From contig JAFUDV010000062.1 in NCBI GenBank assembly GCA_017464245.1, positions 2,546 through 66,545 of the forward strand: DNA of 64,000 nt. The letters are read 5' to 3'. The DNA is from Bacteroidales bacterium (lineage in GTDB: Bacteria > Bacteroidota > Bacteroidia > Bacteroidales > UBA932). Both the position numbers and the translations under genes were made by a program. The first letter of the stretch is position 1; every line of letters begins with the position of its first letter. Of this stretch, positions 29,690 to 37,346 are shown piece after piece. The notes beneath the pieces are model-generated. The model had not been told where the DNA came from. It saw only the letters and a program-made list of their open reading frames with translations, and made no database searches.

Positions 29690-30625
29690 ATGCTGAAAAC
29701 CTACCACCTTTGTTACACTTCCCATCAGGAGGTGATGTTCCGGAATGTGGAGGACATGAATCGTTCCTTCAATTGCTTATGTTCAGCCTTGAAGAAGACG
29801 GGAAGCCGCTGTCTGGCGGAGACCGACATCCCCAACCATCATCACGGTTGCTATGAAACGGAATGTCCAGGAGAACTCATCCGGATCAAGCGGCAGGCCT
29901 ATACCTGCTATTTCAACGAGAAGTACGGCCGGAAAGGGCCGTTGGGCGAACCAGGATACTTTGAAATGGAACTGGACGGCCTGCAGCATAAGTTGACCGC
30001 CTTTTCCTATACCATCAGGAATTCCGTCCATCACGGAATCACATCGACACCGTTCGAGTGGCCGTTCTGTTCGGCCAATGCCTATTTCCGGAAGGAGCTT
30101 GGTAAGTTGTATGTGCCGGATCTGCTGTTGACGCCCGCCCAGATCAAGGCGGCCTTGCCTCGCCGGGCGGACTTTGAACCTGAATGGAAGATGGGAGTGG
30201 AGGGTGTGTTTCTGCGCGAAACGGTCATTGAAACGGCCGTGGTCGAAAACCTGTTCGCCACGCCGCAGGCCTTCAATTACCTGGTCACCCGGAAGAGCGG
30301 GGAAGACTGGTCCAAAGAGCAGGAGGCCGACAATAACGGTCAGTCGCCCATCACCCTGGAAAGCTTCGAAGAACTGGTCTTGCAGCGAGCCTCCTCTCGC
30401 GAGAAGACCATCGCCGAGATGCTCCGCAACGAGAAGAACCGCGGCACCCCACTGGGATTCAATGACTTGCAACTATGTGAGCTGATTGACAATCAATATG
30501 TTCCTAAGTATCGGGCACGGTCGGTCTATCAACTGTCTTCCCGCGAAAAGAACACCATTGCCAGTGAACTCTTTCGCTGCCGCCTGGCGGGCGAGGCACA
30601 GATCCGTCGATGCCTCGTCCTGTGA
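29690..30625 (+). CDS. HUH/Y1 tyrosine transposase (RAYT / IS200-like) with a long C-terminal extension
   Basis: N-terminal YH..F..D, PNHHH (HUH), YFNEKYGRKGPL, SYTIRNSVHHG (cf. Y..NPV), W.FCS..Y; start taken at ATG 29690. Confidence 0.82.
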   Translation: MLKTYHLCYTSHQEVMFRNVEDMNRSFNCLCSALKKTGSRCLAETDIPNHHHGCYETECPGELIRIKRQAYTCYFNEKYGRKGPLGEPGYFEMELDGLQHKLTAFSYTIRNSVHHGITSTPFEWPFCSANAYFRKELGKLYVPDLLLTPAQIKAALPRRADFEPEWKMGVEGVFLRETVIETAVVENLFATPQAFNYLVTRKSGEDWSKEQEADNNGQSPITLESFEELVLQRASSREKTIAEMLRNEKNRGTPLGFNDLQLCELIDNQYVPKYRARSVYQLSSREKNTIASELFRCRLAGEAQIRRCLVL

Positions 30626-30687
30626 TTCTCGGAAGGCTCTCCGAGGTGAAGGCTCCGAGCGGAGTGTTTTCCGTAGGTCGGCCCCTA

Positions 30688-30841
30688 TGTACAAGTCTCG
30701 CTTGTGCAACTGGATGTCCCTGTTGTTATGATATAATGTACAAGTCTTGCGGAAAAAGGTCGAAATCGCCCCTTATCGCCGAGACTTGTACATAGAAACG
30801 CAACAGAAAGCGCAGAACGGTGTACATACGAGACTTGTACA
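30688..30841. repeat. Four-box palindromic element, copy 3 (154 bp, downstream of the HUH transposase)
   Basis: Boxes at 30688, 30737, 30780 and 30821. Confidence 0.92.
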
Positions 30842-30874
30842 CCGGCGCGGGGCAAGGGCAAGCCGTCCCGCCCC

Positions 30875-31222
30875 TTAGAAAATCATGTTGATGGCGGCCT
30901 GCTGCGCGCGGGCGCTGTGGGCGGCGTTCATCTTGCCGAAGTTCCACTTGACGCCGAACAGGACGTAGCGGCCCATCACGAGGCGGTAGGTGTCCTCCTC
31001 GTAGTTGGCGGTGACCGTGGCCGCCTGCAGGAACTGCTGGTCCACCTGCAGCCGGATCGTGCCCATGTCCACATGCTCGTCCCGGAAATACTTCTCCTTC
31101 ACGAACGGTTTGTACCCCATCATCTCCACGAGGAAAACATAGCTGCCGAACGGGGCTCGTTGGTGAGCGAATCCAAGACGGCGGCCTTGATCTCGCTCAT
31201 CCGGCCCCGGAACACGTCGTCC
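30875..31222 (-). pseudogene. Internally deleted remnant of a large outer-membrane beta-barrel protein gene
   Basis: Pieces VLDSLTNEP / (frameshift) PFGSYVFLVEMMGYKP...LQAATVTA of a carboxypeptidase-like N-domain are fused directly to a barrel C-terminus, MGRYVLFGVKWNFGK. Confidence 0.7.
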
Positions 31223-31224
31223 CC

Positions 31225-32400
31225 CTAGGGCTCTTCCATGAATTTCTCGGCCCGGAGATACTTGAGGTTGTCCGCGGCGAACTCATAGCCCCGCGAGCCG
31301 GGGCGGGCGACCTGCAGGTACTTCTCGTACCATTCGATGGCCGTCTTGTACTCTTTCTTCTGCTGGTAGCAGTAAGCGATGGTGGAGAGGGCCGAAATGA
31401 GTTTGGGGTTGTAACGGTAGGCCTCCTTGTAATGGGCGATGGCCTGGTCCCAGGCGTCCTCCCGGCCGTAGTAGCCCAGTGCATATTGCTGATGGATGCG
31501 GGACATCAGGACCGGGTCCGGCGCCAGCATTTCCAGGGCCTTGTCCAGCCAGGGCTTGACCTCCCGCTTGAACGGGCGCATCGCCTCCTTTTTCACGGCG
31601 GCGATGGAGTAGGCCAGGTTCACGTCGCTCGAGTCGATCTGCCAGGCGGTCAGCAGCTCCTGCTCGGCGCGGTAAATCACCAGGGTGTGCCAGTAGCTCT
31701 GTCCCAGGTAGTAGTGGATGGGATACGTGTCGTTGCCGATATCCTCCTGCCGCTGGAACACCTTGCTCGCCGCCTCGTAATCGCCCTTGCGGTAGAGGGC
31801 GAGTCCTTTCAGCGGCGCAATCGTCATGTTGTCAGGATCTTCAGCCAGGAAGGGTTCGCTCTGGGCGATCGCCTCGTCATACTTTTCCTTGTCGATGAGA
31901 ATGCCCACCGCCTTGGACAGGACCGTTTCGTTCCGGGGTTTCAGGGCCAGGGACCGCCGATAGTACCAGAGGGCCGAATCGGCCTGCTCCAGCTGCCGGA
32001 AGGAGTCCCCCACGAAACTCAGGACCGCCGGGATGGAATCCCGCTGCAGGACCGCCTGTCCCGCCTGGACGCTCTGGGGATAGGCTTTCAGCCGGGAATA
32101 GGCCTGCATCAGCCGGATCTTGTAAAGGAGGTTATCCGGCGTCTTGGCCGAGAGCAGGAAATAGGTCCCGGCGGCATCCCCGTACGCTCCGCTCTGGAAA
32201 TGGCAGTCGGCCAGTTCCGCCAGCACGCCTTCGTCCATCGCGCCCGGCAGCACCAGGGCCGACAGCCTCTCGATCGCATCGTCCGTCCGGTAGATGCCCT
32301 TGAGATAGCGCGCCTCGGCCAGGACGGAATCGCGATGCGTGGTCTGCGCCTGCAGGGTTGCGGCGCAGACCAGCAGGACGGCGGTTACGAGGCGTCTCAT
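31225..32400 (-). CDS. Secreted tetratricopeptide repeat protein
   Basis: Signal peptide; multiple TPR-like helices (AIAHYKEAYRYNP, AIEWYEKYLQV). Confidence 0.85.
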   Translation of the reverse strand: MRRLVTAVLLVCAATLQAQTTHRDSVLAEARYLKGIYRTDDAIERLSALVLPGAMDEGVLAELADCHFQSGAYGDAAGTYFLLSAKTPDNLLYKIRLMQAYSRLKAYPQSVQAGQAVLQRDSIPAVLSFVGDSFRQLEQADSALWYYRRSLALKPRNETVLSKAVGILIDKEKYDEAIAQSEPFLAEDPDNMTIAPLKGLALYRKGDYEAASKVFQRQEDIGNDTYPIHYYLGQSYWHTLVIYRAEQELLTAWQIDSSDVNLAYSIAAVKKEAMRPFKREVKPWLDKALEMLAPDPVLMSRIHQQYALGYYGREDAWDQAIAHYKEAYRYNPKLISALSTIAYCYQQKKEYKTAIEWYEKYLQVARPGSRGYEFAADNLKYLRAEKFMEEP

Positions 32401-33875
32401 TGCTTCTTGGACTTGAACTCTACGACACCGTAGCGTCCTTTATCGCCAAATTTCTCGATGGCCGTTTCTTCCTTCAGGACTTGGATGGATTCTATGGTCT
32501 CCAGGTCGATGTCCTTCCGGTTGACGGGTTTCCCGTCCAGAACGAAGAGCACGGAATCCGCCAGGGCGCCCCGGATGAAAACGTCACTGGCTTCGCCAGT
32601 CAAGTGGATGGACGCGGTTTTCGGCTCGGTTTTGTTGCCTTTCAGCTGAAAGATGACCGGGAAGGTGTAGGTAACCTTGACGGGCTCACCCTTCTCATAG
32701 CCGGGGGTCCAGTCCGGGGAGGAGGAGACGACGCGGAGCGCCTCGGCATCCAGGTCGGGGTGAACACCGCGGAGGACCTTGGTGTCCCGGACCTTGCCGT
32801 CGGGGTACACGGCGAACTGCAACGTCACACGCCCCTGGACACCGGCGTCTTTGGCGGCCAGCGGGTACTTGAGGTTTTCATTGACCCATTTGGAGAACGC
32901 ATTGGCGTCGCCGCCGTTGAAGGTTGGCTTGACTTCGACGAGGCTGAAGGGGAGGCCTTTTGTCGTATCGGATACGGCATCCAACGTTGTTTCCGAAAGA
33001 ATTTCCGGCAGGCCGGCGGTGACGACCTTGGCGCGGACGGGGTTGCACAGGAACATGGTTCCGGCGAGGAAGGGAAGGATGGCGAGCCAGGAGAGGCGTT
33101 TCCATCCGGAGGAGGGGGCTTGGAGCATCATGTCGATACGGTTTTTGAGTTTGGCGTGCTGAAAACCGTTCGCCAGGGAGAAGCGCTTTTCCCCGACGGC
33201 CTTCCGCACGAGCAACAGGTGATATTGGGTAGCATCGATGCCATGGTTGAGAACGGCGTCATCGGCCTCGTACTCGTGCAGGAGCTTGAGCTCGCCGAGG
33301 GTAATCCACACGAGGGGATTGAACCAATGGACCAGGGTGACGGCCGTAAAAAGGAGGATGTCCAGGGTATGGGCCTTGTGGACATGGGCCTTTTCGTGCA
33401 CCAGGATGGCCGGATTCGTCTCCGCATCCTTCTGGCTCATGACGATGGTCCGGCCCCAGCTGAAGGAAGGGATATCGGCCTCCGTCAAGACCAGCCTGGT
33501 CCCGTCTTCCAGGCGCGTGGAGACGCCTTTCCGGATGGTCCGGTACATCCGGACCGCCGCAACGACGGTCCAGCCCAGGACGGTCAGGAAACCGATGACG
33601 TACAGGATTTCCAGGTACGGGAACGGAGTCGCGGCGGGAGCGGTCGCGGTGGTCGGATCGGAGGCTGCCTCCACCAGCGGACCCGCCGCCAGCAGCGGCA
33701 CTGTCACCGTCCGGATGCGCAGGACCGGCAGCAGGAAGCAAGCCAGCGTTCCCATGAGCAGCAGGATCCGGTTCAGGCGGAAGAAGGTCGTTCTGCGCAT
33801 GAGTAGCAGGAAGAAGGCGTAGAACATCGCCAGATACAGGCTGCTTCGGCCGATGTATAACAGGAAGGGACTCAT
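32397..33875 (-). CDS. BlaR1/M56 family metallopeptidase fused to a TonB C-terminal domain
   Basis: FFRLNR, HEKAH, HWFNP, HEYEAD, LKNRIDMM; then PTFNGG..LKYP..GVQGRV..LDAEALRVV..WTPG; start at ATG 33875. Confidence 0.92.
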   Translation of the reverse strand: MSPFLLYIGRSSLYLAMFYAFFLLLMRRTTFFRLNRILLLMGTLACFLLPVLRIRTVTVPLLAAGPLVEAASDPTTATAPAATPFPYLEILYVIGFLTVLGWTVVAAVRMYRTIRKGVSTRLEDGTRLVLTEADIPSFSWGRTIVMSQKDAETNPAILVHEKAHVHKAHTLDILLFTAVTLVHWFNPLVWITLGELKLLHEYEADDAVLNHGIDATQYHLLLVRKAVGEKRFSLANGFQHAKLKNRIDMMLQAPSSGWKRLSWLAILPFLAGTMFLCNPVRAKVVTAGLPEILSETTLDAVSDTTKGLPFSLVEVKPTFNGGDANAFSKWVNENLKYPLAAKDAGVQGRVTLQFAVYPDGKVRDTKVLRGVHPDLDAEALRVVSSSPDWTPGYEKGEPVKVTYTFPVIFQLKGNKTEPKTASIHLTGEASDVFIRGALADSVLFVLDGKPVNRKDIDLETIESIQVLKEETAIEKFGDKGRYGVVEFKSKKQ

Positions 33876-34237
33876 TTCCGGGCACTTTCGATCCGCGCGA
33901 TCAGGTCTTTCAGCTCCTGGAGGTCCATGCGGTCCTCCTCCACGAACTGCGAGACCAGGCTCGCGTAGGAATTGTTGTAATACTGGGCCACCATTTCGCC
34001 CACGGTCTCCCCGCGGTACTGCTTCTCGGAGACCTTCACGTGGTAGCGGAAGGTGTTCGCCATCGGCTCCCGCTCCAGGAAGCCTTTCTCTTCCAGGAAC
34101 TTCACGAGGGTGGCCACGGTGTTGTAATGGGGCCGCGGCTCCGGCAGCAGCGCCACCAGGTCGCGGATGAAGAGGTCGCCATGCTCCCAGAACAGGGTCA
34201 TCAGCTGCTCTTCCTTGGCTGTCAATTTCTGCTTCAT
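33872..34237 (-). CDS. blaI: BlaI/MecI/CopY family transcriptional repressor
   Basis: Read by hand from ATG 34237: MKQKLTAKEEQLMTLFW...HYNTVATLVKFLEEKGFL; overlaps the M56 start. Confidence 0.92.
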   Translation of the reverse strand: MKQKLTAKEEQLMTLFWEHGDLFIRDLVALLPEPRPHYNTVATLVKFLEEKGFLEREPMANTFRYHVKVSEKQYRGETVGEMVAQYYNNSYASLVSQFVEEDRMDLQELKDLIARIESARK

Positions 34238-34240
34238 GGT

Positions 34241-34304
34241 GCAAAGATAGACAAAAAAACCGCATCTCCTAATTTTTTTAGGAGTATTCCGTGTTTTTTT
34301 CGGA
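34241..34304 (-). promoter_or_regulatory. blaI promoter with palindromic operator-like sites
   Basis: TATCTTTGC (34241-34249, minus); CTCCTAA-N5-TTAGGAG (34266-34284) and TCCG-N9-CGGA (34288-34304). Confidence 0.65.
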
Positions 34305-34391
34305 GTTTCCCCGTCGGCCCCCTCCACCCAACCCCCTCCACCCATCACCCTTCTTACCCCCCCTGTCCTCCATCCACCACCCCGGCCCTTG

Positions 34392-34545
34392 TGTACAAGT
34401 CTCGTATGTACACTGTTTTGATTCTCTCGCAGCGTTTTTCTGTACAAGTCTTGGCGAAAGGAGCGGTTTTCGCCCTAATTCCTAAGGACATGTACAGGAA
34501 ATCGCCAAGGCACGGCTGTTCTCTTGTACAAGCGAGACTTGTACA
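34392..34545. repeat. Four-box palindromic element, copy 4 (154 bp; inverted relative to copy 3)
   Basis: Boxes at 34392, 34441, 34484 and 34525. Confidence 0.92.
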
Positions 34546-34602
34546 TACGGCATCACCCGTATCCCGGGAAAAATTCGTATCTTCGCAGTCAAACGCAAGA
34601 CG

Positions 34603-35427
34603 ATGAACAAGAACAAGAAAAATCTCCTGTCGGCGCTGGCGCTGGTCGCCGTCTTCGCCGTCTGGCTCATCCTACAGCGGACGGGCGTATTGACCGGAGA
34701 GGTGCCGGTGCCCGTAGCGGACCTGGAGCCGGACACCCTGCTGGAACTGCCGGCGCAACGGACCGGGGACCGGATTCGTCAATACAAGGGCTTTGTCTCC
34801 TCCTACAACACGGAAACGCTGATCCCTGACTGGGTTGCGTACGAACTTACCGCGGAGGAAACCCGTGGCGAGGCCACGCGGGCCGACAAGAACTTCTCCA
34901 TGGACATGGGCTTCAAGGGAAAGCAGGCCATGCGGGAGGATTACAACGGTTCCGGCTGGACCCGGGGGCATATGGCGCCGGCGGCGGACTTCTTCTGGGA
35001 CGACGACGCAATGGCGGAGACGTTCTATTTCCTGAACATCTGTCCGCAGCGGGAGGAACTCAACAACAAGGACTGGCAGTACCTGGAAAAGCAGGTGCGT
35101 GAATGGGCCAACCGCTACGGCAAGGTCTGGGTCGTGTCCGGGCCCATCATCGGGGACAACATCTACGGAACCATCGGCCGGGACCATGTGGTCGTTCCCG
35201 ACGCCTTCTTCAAGGCCGTGATGGTCCATGACGGGCGCCGCTACCAGAGCATCGCCTTCGTGATGGGCAACGACGCCGAGCGCTACTGGCTCCAGGACTG
35301 CGCCCTCACCATCGACGAACTGGAGGAGAGGACGGGCCTCGACTTCTATCCTGCCCTTCCGGACGATATCGAGGACGATACGGAATCCCGTTACGATTTC
35401 TCCGTGTGGGGCATCCGCAAGCGATAA
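34603..35427 (+). CDS. DNA/RNA non-specific endonuclease (NucA/EndA-like)
   Basis: WVAYEL, RGHMAPAAD, NICPQ...N, WQYLE, VPDAFFK. Confidence 0.93.
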   Translation: MNKNKKNLLSALALVAVFAVWLILQRTGVLTGEVPVPVADLEPDTLLELPAQRTGDRIRQYKGFVSSYNTETLIPDWVAYELTAEETRGEATRADKNFSMDMGFKGKQAMREDYNGSGWTRGHMAPAADFFWDDDAMAETFYFLNICPQREELNNKDWQYLEKQVREWANRYGKVWVVSGPIIGDNIYGTIGRDHVVVPDAFFKAVMVHDGRRYQSIAFVMGNDAERYWLQDCALTIDELEERTGLDFYPALPDDIEDDTESRYDFSVWGIRKR

Positions 35428-35470
35428 AAAATCATTATCTTTGTAAATCGACACTAAACAAAACACCGAT

Positions 35471-36616
35471 ATGATGAAAGAAAGAATCCAGGAAAAGTTC
35501 CAGACCCTGTTCGGCGAGCCCGGCGACCTGTACGCCTCCGCCGGCCGTATCAACCTCATCGGCGAACATACCGATTACAACGGCGGTTACGTGTTCCCGG
35601 GCGCCATCGACTGCGGCATCATGGCCGAGATCAAGGTCAACGGTACCATGAGAGTGAAGGCCTACGCCCTTGACAAGGACGAATTCGTGGAGTTCGGCCT
35701 GAACGAGGAGGACAGGCCGGAACAGTCCTGGGCCCGGTACATCTTCGGCGTCTGCCGCGAGATGGAGAAGCGCGGCGGCAAGGTGGAAGGCTTCAACACC
35801 GTCTTTGCGGGTGACGTTCCCCTGGGCGCCGGCCTGAGCTCCAGCGCGGCCCTCGAGAGCACCTACGCCTTCGCCCTGAACGAGATCTTCGGCAACGGCA
35901 TCGACAAGTTCGACCTCGCGAAGATCGGCCAGGCCACCGAGCACAACTACTGCGGTGTCAAGTGCGGCATCATGGACCAGTTCGCCTCCGTGTTCGGAAA
36001 GGCCGGCTCCCTGATCCGCCTGAACTGCAAGACGCTCGAGTACAAGTACTTCCCGTTCAAGCCGGAAGGCTACCGTCTGGTCCTCATCGACTCTTGCGTC
36101 AAGCATGAGCTCGCCTCCAGCGCCTACAACAAGCGCCGCGAGTCCTGCGAGAACGCGGCGGCTGCCATCCGCAAGAACCACCCCGAGGTGGAATTCCTCT
36201 CCGACGCCAAGCGTGTGTGGCTGGACGAGGTCCGCACCGAGATCCCCGAGGAGGATTTCCTCCGTGCGGAGTACGTGATCGGCGAGGTCCAGCGCGTCCT
36301 GGATGTGTGCGACGCCCTGGAGCGCGGCGACTACGAGACCGTGGGCGAACTCATGTACCAGACCCACTTCGGCCTGAGCCGCCTCTACGAGGTTTCCTGC
36401 GAGGAACTGGACTTCCTGAACAAGCTGGCCCGCAAGATGGACGTCACCGGCTCCCGCGTCATGGGCGGCGGCTTCGGCGGCTGCACCATCAACCTGGTGA
36501 AGGACGAACTGTACGACAACTTCATCAATGCGGCTGTGGGCAAGTTCACCGAGAAGTTCGGCCACGCCCCCAAGATCTACAACGTGGTCATTGCCGATGG
36601 TGCCCGCAAGCTGTAG
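35471..36616 (+). CDS. galK: Galactokinase
   Basis: GRINLIGEHTDYN, PLGAGLSSSA, CGIMDQ, GGGFGGC. Confidence 0.96.
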   Translation: MMKERIQEKFQTLFGEPGDLYASAGRINLIGEHTDYNGGYVFPGAIDCGIMAEIKVNGTMRVKAYALDKDEFVEFGLNEEDRPEQSWARYIFGVCREMEKRGGKVEGFNTVFAGDVPLGAGLSSSAALESTYAFALNEIFGNGIDKFDLAKIGQATEHNYCGVKCGIMDQFASVFGKAGSLIRLNCKTLEYKYFPFKPEGYRLVLIDSCVKHELASSAYNKRRESCENAAAAIRKNHPEVEFLSDAKRVWLDEVRTEIPEEDFLRAEYVIGEVQRVLDVCDALERGDYETVGELMYQTHFGLSRLYEVSCEELDFLNKLARKMDVTGSRVMGGGFGGCTINLVKDELYDNFINAAVGKFTEKFGHAPKIYNVVIADGARKL

Positions 36617-37217
36617 CCGCTGCGGCGGAACCCATTCCGTCGAAACCTTTCCCAGCATCAACACCGCCCTGGATCCGGAGCTCAAGGCCCGGGTCCGGGA
36701 CGGTTCCTTATTCGTCTGGGAGTGCCCGTACTGCGGAGCCCGGAACCTCCTGAAATACGAAACGTTGTACCATGATCCGGGAGAGAGGCTGATGGTCTGG
36801 CTCCTGCCCGGGACGGCGCTTCCGCCCATCCAGGTGGCTGACGCCGTCAAGGACCTGGAGGGCTACACGCTCCGGCTTGTCCGCGAGGTGGGCGACCTGG
36901 TGGAAAAGGTGGGCATCCACGCCGCCGGCCTGGATGACGTCGTCGTGGAGATGTGCAAGTACGTCACGCGGATGGAACTTTCCGACCAGCACAGGAACCC
37001 GGCCATCCTGGACGCTCCGCTCAAATTTTACCGCATGGACGGCCCCGACAACGACCTCGTGTTCTCCTTCCCGCTGGACGGAGAGATGAAAACGGTCAAC
37101 GTGGGCTTCCATGTATATGAAGACGCCCGGGGAATCCTCGGGCGCCATCCATCGGTGCATCCCGGCCCGGGCTTCGCGCAGATCGACGCGGCCTGGCTGG
37201 GACGGTATTTCCGCTAG
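36597..37217 (+). CDS. CpXC domain-containing protein
   Basis: CSRCG...SIN..DPELK...ECPYCG...LYHDP; start probably ATG 36597, overlapping the galK end. Confidence 0.8.
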   Translation: MVPASCSRCGGTHSVETFPSINTALDPELKARVRDGSLFVWECPYCGARNLLKYETLYHDPGERLMVWLLPGTALPPIQVADAVKDLEGYTLRLVREVGDLVEKVGIHAAGLDDVVVEMCKYVTRMELSDQHRNPAILDAPLKFYRMDGPDNDLVFSFPLDGEMKTVNVGFHVYEDARGILGRHPSVHPGPGFAQIDAAWLGRYFR

Positions 37218-37309
37218 AACTTCGGGACCTCGAACAGGGCCGCGTCCTGGCCGAACGCCGCCGTTGTCACCAGCAGCACGGCGCAGAGAGAGGTGAGGAT
37301 TCGTTTCAT
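37214..37309 (-). pseudogene. 31-aa ORF, essentially a signal peptide only (truncated gene or small protein)
   Basis: MKRILTSLCAVLLVTTAAFGQDAALFEVPKF*; own TATCTTTGC promoter at 37328-37336. Confidence 0.55.
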
Positions 37310-37346
37310 GTTCAGTATCGTTTGGTTGCAAAGATAACGATTATTT

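Noticed and set aside
30726-30947. Small ORFs sharing peptides such as YKSR/VQVS/CTSETCT around 28-34 kb as a peptide gene family
   Set aside because: The similarity is simply the translation of the DNA palindromic element in different frames.
32397-34447. ORF-track N-terminal extensions of the M56 protein (to 34265) and BlaI (to 34447)
   Set aside because: The extensions overlap blaI, its promoter and the repeat. The family N-termini begin at 33875 and 34237.
28351-34545. Repeat-spacer pattern with ~28-30 nt variable spacers as a CRISPR array
   Set aside because: The boxes are inverted about a centre rather than direct, there are only four per unit, the units are dispersed, and no cas genes are present.
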